IMG/VR virus record: IMGVR_UViG_3300037418_002559
Coordinates: 79,999 to 100,317 of that record
Direction: 5' to 3' (one strand)
Length of the DNA: 20,319 nucleotides
DNA from: a virus
Taxonomy: Duplodnaviria; Heunggongvirae; Uroviricota; Caudoviricetes
In this document: in pieces, positions 1-8,638 of the stretch
Layout: every line of letters starts with the position of its first letter
How positions within the stretch are numbered: the stretch's first letter is position 1
Notes under the pieces: model-generated
Seen by the model: the letters and a program-made list of their open reading frames with translations, nothing else
What the model was told of the DNA's origin: nothing
Database searches by the model: none
Program-made: the position numbers and the translations under genes

Positions 1-827
1 ACCAATGGCGGCAGTTGAACTTTTAAACGCGGATCCAGCAATACTGTGAAGATTACGCCAAAAGGTGTTTGACGCGGAGTGCCGATGATGCTTTGCGTGG
101 TGCCGCTGGGAAGATTGAGGTTTGTGTTTGGCGGAAACGGCGGGCTGTAAATTAAATTTGGCGTAGGCGCCACGGAACCGTCTGATATCTGCGACATATA
201 CGCCTTGCTGCCGTCGCGCCAAGTGGTCATGAATTGATCGTCGGCTATCTGCGATAGATACTTGCCAGTCTTACCAAATACTGTGTTGCCACGCGGATAC
301 TGCTTTGCAGACAGAGCCTGAGCAGCGTAGTTGCTGAGCGTGCCGTTGGCTGCTGATATGGCCGGCAAGCCAGTCTCTGCGGCCATCTTAGCTACAAGCT
401 GGGCTTGACTGGAAAACGGTCCCATGGAAAATCCGATAATATCGTCCATGACAAGCGGGTTGGCAACGCAATGCAGCGTGATTCTAAAGTCGACAACCTG
501 CTCACGATCAAACAGCACTTGCAGTATAGGGCCGTCCCAGATGATAGAAGACAAAGTTGGCCCAGTCTGGAATCCAGCCTTTAGTGTCACCCATGTAGCA
601 TTCAGAAGTATGTTCTGTATGGCAATTGTATCCAGATTGTACACGACAATGTCGGCATACCACCAAGGTGACGGCAGCATAGACTGTACGACATCGAAGG
701 TCATGCGCAGTGCTTCCGGTTCCCATGCGTTAGCTGTCAGCACGGCGCTTTGCACGCCTGAGGCAGTCTGGTACTGCACAGTTAGCTCCCAAGCTTGGCC
801 GAACAAAGGTATGATGGAAGTGTTCAA
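1..827 (-). CDS. Baseplate hub protein (partial, runs off the left edge; absent from the ORF track)
   Basis: Manual translation is open for 275 codons from a TTG at 827 that overlaps the upstream TGA (TTGA): MNTSIIPLFGQAWELTV...YADIVVYNLD...LKAGFQ...IIGTPRQTPFGVIFTVLLDPRLKV. It follows the Dit-like and plug genes, as hub genes do in this myovirus architecture. Confidence 0.8.
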   Translation of the reverse strand, partial: MNTSIIPLFGQAWELTVQYQTASGVQSAVLTANAWEPEALRMTFDVVQSMLPSPWWYADIVVYNLDTIAIQNILLNATWVTLKAGFQTGPTLSSIIWDGPILQVLFDREQVVDFRITLHCVANPLVMDDIIGFSMGPFSSQAQLVAKMAAETGLPAISAANGTLSNYAAQALSAKQYPRGNTVFGKTGKYLSQIADDQFMTTWRDGSKAYMSQISDGSVAPTPNLIYSPPFPPNTNLNLPSGTTQSIIGTPRQTPFGVIFTVLLDPRLKVQLPPL

Positions 828-1159
828 GCCGTGTCACCCCATAGCAAAGAGAAGCTCGTCAAATCGTTCTGTCCTGGGTAATCATTGCCGCTGGAACCAG
901 TGCGTAGCAGAAACAGGCTGCCTATTTTCAGGTAGCCGTACTGCGCCAGTATGTTGGCGCCTGGATACCAGCCCGTAATCAAGGGCAGGGATGCCACCAG
1001 CATGACATTCTGCGCGTTTGCGATGCTCAATTGCCACCAGCCCGACATAACCGAGTAGCTCAGTGTCAGTCCCAGTGTCAACGGTGCTCCGTCTACTGTG
1101 AGCTGCACAGCAAACATCTGATTTGGTGCTTGTACAAGCGGTACTATCTGCGTCGACAT
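824..1159 (-). CDS. Small baseplate protein (plug/DUF6983-like)
   Basis: 111 aa, QIVPLVQAPNQMFAVQL...YSVMSGWWQLSI...LPLITG. Lies between the Dit-like and hub genes. Confidence 0.7.
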   Translation of the reverse strand: MSTQIVPLVQAPNQMFAVQLTVDGAPLTLGLTLSYSVMSGWWQLSIANAQNVMLVASLPLITGWYPGANILAQYGYLKIGSLFLLRTGSSGNDYPGQNDLTSFSLLWGDTA

Positions 1160-1161
1160 TC

Positions 1162-1998
1162 TTATGGACTCGGCAATTGCTGCAGACTGTTAGTGTTTAC
1201 GGAAGAGAAATTACCAGCACCAGGAACGTTCACGCCCGTTGGATGGCTTTTCAGAAATGTGAGTAAGTTGGCCGGTCCAGTGCCCAAGTCTCCTGGCGCA
1301 TCCTTCACGTTGAACTGTGTGTCTATCGTTGGAGAAGGCTGCTGCACATTTACCGCTCCAAGGCCGGTGCTCTGTGTGTCGTTGGGCCGCGCGCTGATCG
1401 GGTTGGCTTGCGTGTTGGCAATGAACAGCTGTTCGAACGAGACGCGAAACCGCGCGCCGGTTGTTGTCTTGTCATCCTCTCTTGGAGAAATCTTGAGAAT
1501 GAGCATGTTGTAGTACGTACGCAAACGGGTTGTTACGGTGAGCGGGATACGCGCCGACTGCAACGTTAGCATCTGCTGATACGCAGAAACGCTCTTAGAG
1601 GGGTTGCCTGCCCACTTTTGCACATAGGGCGGCGCAGTCTGGTTGCTGATCGCGTATTGCGGCGTAACGTCCGACATCAAAACGTACAGGACTAGCTGCG
1701 CTGGCTCGATGTAGGCGTGGCTGGAAACGGACGCTCCGGTCTGCACCGGATGTGTCGTCTTCGTCAGCTCTTGATCGTGCTCGGCGGCCAGCACCGCGTC
1801 GAATACGTAAGAAGTTGCAGCTGTAGGTTTTACCGAGATGGTGCCTACGCCGTTGGCGTCCGTCGATATTGGCGTGTTGTCAGGCGTGTCGGTCGTATAT
1901 CCGGCTGGCACCGTAACCGAGATCATTGCTGGCTTGGACCACTGTGGCGGACGCCAGCCGGATGTTGCGGTGGGTTTTCCTCTGATTATGGCATCCAT
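1162..1998 (-). CDS. Dit-like baseplate/tail-tube initiator protein
   Basis: FDAVLAAEHDQELTKTTHPVQTGASVSSHAYIEP and LTVTTRLRTYYNMLI motifs. Directly after the tape measure, with a GGAG SD. Confidence 0.8.
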   Translation of the reverse strand: MDAIIRGKPTATSGWRPPQWSKPAMISVTVPAGYTTDTPDNTPISTDANGVGTISVKPTAATSYVFDAVLAAEHDQELTKTTHPVQTGASVSSHAYIEPAQLVLYVLMSDVTPQYAISNQTAPPYVQKWAGNPSKSVSAYQQMLTLQSARIPLTVTTRLRTYYNMLILKISPREDDKTTTGARFRVSFEQLFIANTQANPISARPNDTQSTGLGAVNVQQPSPTIDTQFNVKDAPGDLGTGPANLLTFLKSHPTGVNVPGAGNFSSVNTNSLQQLPSP

Positions 1999-1999
1999 G

Positions 2000-3640
2000 T
2001 CAGTAGCTCCAGCTCACTCCTTGAAATTCTGCTAAGTTGCGCTGTACTTTTTTATCTTGCATGGAGCGCAATCTGGCGACTACTGCGTTGCCAACGTCTT
2101 CATTGGTGGCGTTCGGTTTGTCGATGTGGATCGTGATCGATCCAACTTGCACGTCACCATGACCTCCAGCGCCACGCATTACCTTGGCTACTTCGTCCCG
2201 CGCCTCCGATGACAGCGTAGCGCGCCCTGCCAGGATGGCGTTCATCTTGGACTCGCCTTCGTGGTACGCGGCAATGGCCGTTGGCGCATCGCCATGGTAC
2301 TTCTGCAGAAGGTGCGCGAACAGCGTCATGCCGCCCTTTACGTTGTCTTCGGCGTTAGTACGGTCGACGCCCAACGCGCGTGCCGTAGCTCCGGTCAATT
2401 GCATAGCCCCCATTGCGCCAGTGGCAGAGGTAATCACGCCACCGCCACTGCCGAACTGCCGCATGCCGCTTTCTTGCATGGCAAGAGCTTGCGCCAGCCT
2501 TGGGTTTACGCCGAGCTGCGAAGCGTAGCGCTGCACAAGGCCACTAATGTTTGCGTCGCTGCCTGCGCTCGACGGGGTGCCGCCGAATGCCTTGTCCATA
2601 ATGTTGGCGCCGATAGCTGCACCACCTAGCGCACCAGCACCTGTGCCAATCGGGCCGGCAACGCTGCCCAGTATTCCTCCCGCAGCGCCGCCAATGACGC
2701 CGCCGACAGCCTTAGCAGTGACGTCGTGGAACGCAGCGCCTAGTTCTGCCGCCGCGCCAGAGAAGTTGCCACTCGCAACTAATACTAGCGCGCTGACTAG
2801 ATGCGCCAGCATGCCCTCTACGTTGGCTATGGCCTCCGCGAACACGGCAAATCCGTGCACAATATGCACCACCGCCCCTGCAAACTTCTCTAGATTAAAC
2901 GTAGTGCCTTGTATGGCGTGGTCGCCGGTGAGCAATCCGACTAAGTTTGTGAACTCTACGCCCATTGCAGAAGCTGCTTCGGCGGTAGCACCGAATACAT
3001 CTTTTACGTCTTTCCACACTGGCAGAAACAGGGTTACGATTCGCTCAGAAATTTGCGGCAGGCTGTGAGTTACCCAGTCGTTGAAGTGCTGTAGCTTCCT
3101 CAACAATTCATCTGGACCGAAGCCAAGCGCTTTCATAAAGTCGGTAACGACGTGCATGGCCAGATACTGGCCTTCCACTTCCATACGAGTGAACTCAAAT
3201 CGTATGTCGCGTACTTTCCGCATCTGGGCATCGAAGTCACCATTTGGCGCCATGGCCCTTTGATCCACGATTAGCTGGTGTGTACGTTCCCGCAGCTCTT
3301 TGTCCCAGGTCAGGTTTTCTAATGGTTCGCCCAGCGCGTCCATAGCCACTTTGAGGCTGCGCGCGGCTTCTTTCGACATATACATGTGCAACGCGAACAG
3401 ACGGTAGCTTTGATCGGCCATGCTAATCTTGTCTACAAGACCAAGCGCCGCGCTACCAATGGCAGCGAAGCCACTAACGATTTCTGTCTGTGCCTTAAAG
3501 AACGCACCAGCAATGGAAGCCGCACTGCTGTCAGCGACAGTAGCCGCCTCACGCAATGCTTGGTGAAATCGATGCATACCGCTCTGATCTACGGATGCAC
3601 CGAGTTTCACCAAATACTCGTCGATGTAGTTAGTCGACAT
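2000..3640 (-). CDS. Tape measure protein with C-terminal lytic transglycosylase (SLT) domain
   Basis: Helical Ala-rich N-terminus and a Gly-rich hydrophobic segment. SLT motifs MQES (E390), GAMQL and AYHEG at aa ~364-488. Follows the tail chaperone. Confidence 0.9.
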   Translation of the reverse strand: MSTNYIDEYLVKLGASVDQSGMHRFHQALREAATVADSSAASIAGAFFKAQTEIVSGFAAIGSAALGLVDKISMADQSYRLFALHMYMSKEAARSLKVAMDALGEPLENLTWDKELRERTHQLIVDQRAMAPNGDFDAQMRKVRDIRFEFTRMEVEGQYLAMHVVTDFMKALGFGPDELLRKLQHFNDWVTHSLPQISERIVTLFLPVWKDVKDVFGATAEAASAMGVEFTNLVGLLTGDHAIQGTTFNLEKFAGAVVHIVHGFAVFAEAIANVEGMLAHLVSALVLVASGNFSGAAAELGAAFHDVTAKAVGGVIGGAAGGILGSVAGPIGTGAGALGGAAIGANIMDKAFGGTPSSAGSDANISGLVQRYASQLGVNPRLAQALAMQESGMRQFGSGGGVITSATGAMGAMQLTGATARALGVDRTNAEDNVKGGMTLFAHLLQKYHGDAPTAIAAYHEGESKMNAILAGRATLSSEARDEVAKVMRGAGGHGDVQVGSITIHIDKPNATNEDVGNAVVARLRSMQDKKVQRNLAEFQGVSWSY

Positions 3641-3643
3641 TTA

Positions 3644-4323
3644 TCAACCTCTTTCAACGGAAGCGCGCTGACGGCGTTCGTTTTCTTCTTTGACGTCTAG
3701 AAATTCTAGAACTTCTAGAAGATCACCGACATCGTACGTGCCGTCAAACAGCTCATGCTGACGCCACAAGCCAGCGGCCACTGGTCGCCACAGTAAAGCG
3801 TTCAGTGTTGGAAATGTAACCACAGTGAAGCTTACCGTGTCAGTATCGACGTCTATGCCCCAGTACCGCTCGTGTCGAAAAAATCAGCGAAGCAAAATAT
3901 CAGCACTTCGGTTGTAAGCTGCATGATCAAACCCACATTCTCAGCCACTGGCGCGCCGTCAGCAGTCCACACTCCTTCGTCAGTTACAATCGGCATCGGG
4001 AATTCGTTGCCAGCATGTTCCTTCACGATGGACACTACCTTCATACAGCTATTCTGTATGAACTTGAAGTCATCGAAGCTGACACCACCAGAGAATACGC
4101 TGAACGCGAGTGCACGAACTTGCATTTCTCCGTTTATTTTCTCAGATGCTACGGGTGGTGCAGCCTGCTCGGACTCTGCTTTCTGCGCTACAGGCGCGGC
4201 ATCGGCGCTGCGCATGCGTACGCCAATCATGCGCATGAGAATAAAGCTGCCGACCTCAGGCGGCAGCCTGCGTACATGAAATTTATTTCCGGAAAGATCC
4301 ACGACCTTGCTTCGTGTTTGCAT
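3644..4323 (-). CDS. Frameshifted tail assembly chaperone (G-T fusion, ~226 aa) via -1 slip at 3877-3883
   Basis: The -1 frame is open for 79 codons starting exactly at T TTT TTC: FFRHERYWG...LLWRPVAAGLWRQHELFDGTYDVGDLLEVLEFLDVKEENERR...RG*. It ends TGA TAA directly before the tape measure ATG. Confidence 0.8.
3853..4323 (-). CDS. Tail assembly chaperone (G product)
   Basis: 156 aa between tube and tape measure, GGGAG SD, ends ...FADFFDTSGTGA. Confidence 0.85.
   Translation of the reverse strand: MQTRSKVVDLSGNKFHVRRLPPEVGSFILMRMIGVRMRSADAAPVAQKAESEQAAPPVASEKINGEMQVRALAFSVFSGGVSFDDFKFIQNSCMKVVSIVKEHAGNEFPMPIVTDEGVWTADGAPVAENVGLIMQLTTEVLIFCFADFFDTSGTGA
3877..3883 (-). other. Programmed -1 ribosomal frameshift slippery heptamer TTTTTTC
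   Basis: X XXY YYZ heptamer in the correct phase (GAT TTT TTC). The -1 frame has a TGA immediately 5' of the site and a chaperone-like ORF after it. Confidence 0.8.
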
Positions 4324-4338
4324 CTACAACTCCCTTGC

Positions 4339-4794
4339 TTACGTATTGATAATGTTGGCCGCCAGCAGCTTCCAGGTCATTTTTTGACCATTAGCTTCGT
4401 ACGGCTTGTCTGGAATTTTGTCAAAGCTGACACCGGTGAGCACGTGCGTGCTACCGTCGATGAGCAGCGTGAACGAGATGGCAGTAGCCGCCCAGCCGTT
4501 CACGTCTTCATTGTTAGCAGCCAGTACGCATAGGTTGTACAAAGACAATAGCGCGGTATGGATTGCCGAAGTCTCCTGCACCTGTATGTCGACCTCGCCG
4601 TTGTCGCCTGCTATGTAGGACGGCATCACGGTGCCGTCGGCTGCAACATCGTGCGTAGTACGCGTCGTGTTCATGCGCACAGTGATGCTACCAATACCAA
4701 TGCTGCCGCCCGTAAGCGGGATTGTGATACCAAAGACGGGATTTGTCAATACGCCCGTCAAAGATTTGAATGAGTAAGTCCTGCCCTGTCCCAT
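4339..4794 (-). CDS. Tail tube protein (DUF3277-like)
   Basis: 151 aa right after the sheath. YSFKSL...GIGSITVRM...VAADG...GEVDIQVQETS...KMTWKL. GGAGG SD. Confidence 0.85.
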   Translation of the reverse strand: MGQGRTYSFKSLTGVLTNPVFGITIPLTGGSIGIGSITVRMNTTRTTHDVAADGTVMPSYIAGDNGEVDIQVQETSAIHTALLSLYNLCVLAANNEDVNGWAATAISFTLLIDGSTHVLTGVSFDKIPDKPYEANGQKMTWKLLAANIINT

Positions 4795-4813
4795 CTACAT
4801 CCTCCAGTAGTTA

Positions 4814-6214
4814 TTACAGTTGCGTGTACACGCCGATGACAAGGCTTTGGACCGCTCCTGCCGTCGTGATGAACGAGTAGATTGGCATGGCCTTACCCGC
4901 GTTACGATCAGCCGTGGACTGTTGCGAATACGGCTGCGCAAGATTTAAGAACCCTGACGGAATCGCTTGTCCGTTCGTAATTGACAAGCCGGTGATGTTG
5001 ATTGAAGCACCCTGCCATATACCATCGGCCAGGAACCCGATTTCGTTCATGGTTGTACCGGCGTTGTTGGCACCGTGTAGCAATTGCTGCTCGCCCGCGT
5101 TGTTCTGCGGTACTGCAGGATTTGCCTGCAATACGGCCATCTCCTCGCTCTGCAGCAGCGCTACATAGCGTGCTAAATTGAGCCAAAGGTACGACGGTGA
5201 ACCATCGGACATGAAACCCGGCTCTTCCAGCTGGTAGGACTGGAACGTGCTGTACACGTTGAAGCCAGAACCTTTTATGTTCGTGTACTGAGTCTGCGTC
5301 AGAGGCTCTGGTGCAATACCAATCAGAGTTTTGTGCGCTGTGGTGAAGAAGCTGCCGGCCAGTCCAGTATTGAGCCCCATTTCAAGGCCCATCAGTGCTG
5401 CGGCTGCGTAGATATTGTTTGGATACAGGCCGTTCTGCGTGGTAGCGTACTGGCCCAGCACGCGCAACTTCAACGCCTGAAGCTGCAGCGCGATGTTGTT
5501 AGCTGTCCCCGACGGGACGGCTGCGTCACTTGTGAATGGGTAGTACCGCGTTGTCTGCCAGATAGGATCTGCCCACTCGGAGATCGCCAAGTTGTCCGCG
5601 TCGGCAGGCGCGTTCACCGCCAAGCCATACCACAGACTACTCGCCACACGGCACGCAGTAGCAGCCTGCAACAGCGTTTCACCGATGGCAGTAATGTCTA
5701 CCGTCAGACTGACGCCAGTAGAAGGACTCACGGCGGTAGTCGTTAGACCGGAGGCCACTGCGTAGCCGGTTCCCTGGCTGCCGTCGACAATGCCAATGGC
5801 GCTTGGTACGCCGCCAGTGGCAGCCAGCACAACGCCAACGCCATAGTTAGCGCCGCCCTGCACGATGTTGAACTGATCGCCAACAGCCCAGCCAGTTCCG
5901 GGCGCGTCGATGGCAATCGTCTGCAGCGCGGTAAGGTCTTGTCTGCCGATGGCGATCTGGAACGCTGCTTTCGACTGTGAGAAGTAAATCTGCGCGGCCA
6001 GATATTCCGGGTCATCGGTTGTGAACCCGTCGCTGAGCATGGCGGTTGTGCTGGTGTACAGCCTTACGCGCGCGTTTGCCCCGTAGGACGGTATGACTGC
6101 GCTTGGTCCAATAAACAAGCCAACATTAAACGAATTCGTAGAAGCCGCCGTCGGCGACACCTGGACCGTAATATCTACGATATTGGAAAGCGAAAGAGGC
6201 GGTATTTGCGCCAT
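4814..6214 (-). CDS. Contractile tail sheath protein (DUF3383-like)
   Basis: LSLSNIVDITVQVSP...EYLAAQIYFSQ...IAIGR, and C-terminal VPQNNAG...YSQQSTADRNAGKAMPI. GGAG SD. Confidence 0.9.
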   Translation of the reverse strand: MAQIPPLSLSNIVDITVQVSPTAASTNSFNVGLFIGPSAVIPSYGANARVRLYTSTTAMLSDGFTTDDPEYLAAQIYFSQSKAAFQIAIGRQDLTALQTIAIDAPGTGWAVGDQFNIVQGGANYGVGVVLAATGGVPSAIGIVDGSQGTGYAVASGLTTTAVSPSTGVSLTVDITAIGETLLQAATACRVASSLWYGLAVNAPADADNLAISEWADPIWQTTRYYPFTSDAAVPSGTANNIALQLQALKLRVLGQYATTQNGLYPNNIYAAAALMGLEMGLNTGLAGSFFTTAHKTLIGIAPEPLTQTQYTNIKGSGFNVYSTFQSYQLEEPGFMSDGSPSYLWLNLARYVALLQSEEMAVLQANPAVPQNNAGEQQLLHGANNAGTTMNEIGFLADGIWQGASINITGLSITNGQAIPSGFLNLAQPYSQQSTADRNAGKAMPIYSFITTAGAVQSLVIGVYTQL

Positions 6215-6227
6215 GGTAAATTGGCTC

Positions 6228-6833
6228 CTATGAGGTTATCGTTACGTCGGCAATTGGGTCGTCAACCGATCCATCGTAGACTCTAACTTCTACGCTGGAA
6301 ACTGTTGGTGTCTGAATTGTTTCTGTTATCTGTTCGTAAAACACACAGCTGAACTGCGTGGCATCGTACCATTGTGCGTTATGCTCAATGGGCAAGCGTG
6401 TCGGCTCAGCAGGCTCTAGAACAGGATAGAGATTGCTTAACGCGAACTGGTCATTGAAGTAGTCCTGGAACAAGGCAGAATGAATCTGCCTTGCGCGGTC
6501 AAAGCTGTTAGGCCCATAAGTGTTCCACGCAATGCGCCAACCGCGCGTGTACACCCACGTCTCAGTGACGCCGTCCGTACCAGCTAGCGTGCGGTCACGA
6601 ACTCTGGAGTAGTCTACATCTTGCAGTACGCAGCTGATGTAGCAGCTATCTTGGCTGGGCAGCGAAACATCTGGTTGTCCCTGCGGCTGCCAAGCGACAC
6701 GTACTTTACTAGGATCAACGGGTACAATACCGAGCATGCCGCACGTCTGCTCTTGCACAACAATGTTTATTTCTTGTACAGTCAGCGCCGTCGACGTCAG
6801 GACCTGGCCGTTGGGATACGTGGTCGTCGTCAT
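6228..6833 (-). CDS. Neck/tail terminator (tail completion) protein
   Basis: Probable start ATG 6833 (TGATG coupling with the upstream gene). VRVAWQPQGQP...WNTYGPNSFDRARQI...EQITETI. Lies directly before the sheath. Confidence 0.7.
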   Translation of the reverse strand: MTTTTYPNGQVLTSTALTVQEINIVVQEQTCGMLGIVPVDPSKVRVAWQPQGQPDVSLPSQDSCYISCVLQDVDYSRVRDRTLAGTDGVTETWVYTRGWRIAWNTYGPNSFDRARQIHSALFQDYFNDQFALSNLYPVLEPAEPTRLPIEHNAQWYDATQFSCVFYEQITETIQTPTVSSVEVRVYDGSVDDPIADVTITS

Positions 6834-7408
6834 CAAGCCGCCGCCAGTCTGGTTCCCAGCGCCTTCCAATAACCACCGCCAGGATCGTAGTACGTCTGAA
6901 GTATGCGGTATTGCTCATCGTCGTATTCTAGAATGTCGCTGGCGCTCGCTTCCGAGTTAACCGTTATCTGCCACACTACGTAGGGCGGCTCCGGCGGAGC
7001 AACATTAAATGTCAGCGTGCTGCCTGTGAGCGTGTAATCCACACCTTGCGGCTGCAGCAACAGGCCTGCCGAGTACACGTCAACCGCACCGCTGGGCGAC
7101 GCGCTCAGAGTGTAGACAGCCCCGGAACCTTGTGGCGTTTCTCCGTACACACCTGGCACTGGCGCGTAGCCGCGCGTGGTGTACACTGGCCTAGTGCACC
7201 AAAAGGAGAAAATGCTGCCAATGCGGTCAGCTTCTTGCAGCATGGATAGTTCCTTGTTGTTAGCCTGCTGCACTGGGCCAAACATTGGGATGGACGTGGT
7301 CGTGGATTCGAAGCCGCCGAGTACAAATTTGCCCGTACTGCGCAGGATCGTGAACGGCTTGGGAGCAATCATGTCTGGATCGACTACGACCTCGAATACC
7401 GAGATCAT
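6833..7408 (-). CDS. Head closure / head-tail joining protein with an inserted beta-domain
   Basis: PFTILRSTG..., GPVQQANNKELSMLQEADR, and SDILEYDDEQYRIL...WKALGTR flank an insert at aa ~83-150. ATGA overlap with the upstream gene. Confidence 0.7.
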   Translation of the reverse strand: MISVFEVVVDPDMIAPKPFTILRSTGKFVLGGFESTTTSIPMFGPVQQANNKELSMLQEADRIGSIFSFWCTRPVYTTRGYAPVPGVYGETPQGSGAVYTLSASPSGAVDVYSAGLLLQPQGVDYTLTGSTLTFNVAPPEPPYVVWQITVNSEASASDILEYDDEQYRILQTYYDPGGGYWKALGTRLAAA

Positions 7409-7641
7409 TTCTGTTTCACCGTGTACGTCGGCACCTGCACGATGCCCCTGCCCGGTGCGGTGAAGGTGCTCCAGCGAACCGTCACCTTAACTTCTTGACC
7501 TTCTTTCCTGCACTCATCAGCGTACTCAAACGCTTGTTTCTTGAGCAGTTTCAGCGCCCGCTCTGAAAAAGCCGCGTGCGAGGTGAATTCGCGGGGCAGC
7601 TGACCGTCACCAACCGGCAGCACTTCTCGACTCCTCAGCAT
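7405..7641 (-). CDS. Hypothetical 78-aa protein with N-terminal SREVLPVGD motif
   Basis: GAGGAG SD 7 nt before the ATG, and the stop overlaps the next ATG (ATGA), so it is likely a real gene. Function not recognised. Confidence 0.65.
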   Translation of the reverse strand: MLRSREVLPVGDGQLPREFTSHAAFSERALKLLKKQAFEYADECRKEGQEVKVTVRWSTFTAPGRGIVQVPTYTVKQK

Positions 7642-7644
7642 GAA

Positions 7645-8211
7645 CTACTCCTCTCGTACAACGCCCACGATAGACGCACGCAGTGCACCTGTGTCGATCA
7701 GCGGTTTGTCGCTGCCTTTTGCCTTGATGGTTCTTGGTGCGTTGGGTGCCCAGCCATTGCGGCTGTCCGTGAACCATTTGCGCGCGGCATTTTGCCCAGC
7801 CAAGGCGGCGCGCAGCATTTTTTGCTCGGCCTTGTCCTTTTCGCCGTCCAGTGTGGCCTTGATGGATGCTTCCAGCTCGTGGCTTATAGCCTGCTTGTTA
7901 CCGTCAGCCTTGATAGACGGATCCAATACGCGGCGTGCCGGTATGTGATTGATGGGGCTTCCGTTTTCCTGTATGAACAGCAACTCGGCGTTGTTAATGT
8001 CCTGCTTGGCAGCTTTTTGCAGCTTGGCCTTCTTCTTTTTACTGTTAGTTTTGCCGGCCATGTCCAGCAGCTGCTTCGTGCGCGCGTCGCGCCCAGCGGC
8101 TGGCACACCAACATAAGCGCTCGTCTTGCCAAGACCGGCCATTCGAGCAAACAGCACTGCTGCACCAGATTTGCGCGCTATTGTTATTTGCGGCCCGGTT
8201 CTAGTGGCCAT
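7645..8211 (-). CDS. Neck/tail-completion protein (HK97 gp10 / Mu gpG-like)
   Basis: AYVGVP..., NNAELLFIQENG...IPARRVL, and PNAPRTIKAKGSDKPLIDTGALRASI motifs. Confidence 0.8.
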   Translation of the reverse strand: MATRTGPQITIARKSGAAVLFARMAGLGKTSAYVGVPAAGRDARTKQLLDMAGKTNSKKKKAKLQKAAKQDINNAELLFIQENGSPINHIPARRVLDPSIKADGNKQAISHELEASIKATLDGEKDKAEQKMLRAALAGQNAARKWFTDSRNGWAPNAPRTIKAKGSDKPLIDTGALRASIVGVVREE

Positions 8212-8605
8212 GGCGCCACACCTCTATGGCCCACATCATGAGAGAAACCACAGCAAGGGCTTGCCAGCGAAATTTCTTCATGATATCCATGCCGCTCTCC
8301 AATACACCGAGCCTACCTTCGCCGGGTTGCCCATCGCCTACTATGCTTTCCAGCAGCGTGTTGTGCCTGTCCACTTTCTTGTCAAGGTCAACGTGAGCTA
8401 GAAATTGCTTATTAATTGATTCCTGAAATATGTTGCGCTGCTCGTTCATAGCAGCGGCGAAAGTTTGCTGCTGCGCCAGCAAGGCATTACGGAAAGCGTC
8501 TCTGTCTTCTTGCTGGCTTTTTTGATTTGCCGCGTGCTGCCTGTCGGACTTATCGGACAGGTCTTTTATCTCTCTGCGCAGTATCGCGACTTCGCCGTCT
8601 GACAT
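8201..8605 (-). CDS. Coiled-coil protein with a C-terminal hydrophobic helix (holin/XhlA-like, tentative)
   Basis: 134 aa, heptad-rich body, then RWQALAVVSLMMWAIEVW near the C-terminus. Overlaps the downstream gene start. Confidence 0.5.
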   Translation of the reverse strand: MSDGEVAILRREIKDLSDKSDRQHAANQKSQQEDRDAFRNALLAQQQTFAAAMNEQRNIFQESINKQFLAHVDLDKKVDRHNTLLESIVGDGQPGEGRLGVLESGMDIMKKFRWQALAVVSLMMWAIEVWRHGH

Positions 8606-8638
8606 TATATCTTGGCCCCATCTTTCATGTATTGTTGC

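Noticed and set aside
3696-3719. Three TCTAGA palindromes at 9-bp spacing
   Set aside because: They are explained by the L-E-V-L-E-F-L-D heptad of the frameshifted chaperone (CTA-GA codon pairs). There is no evidence for an operator.
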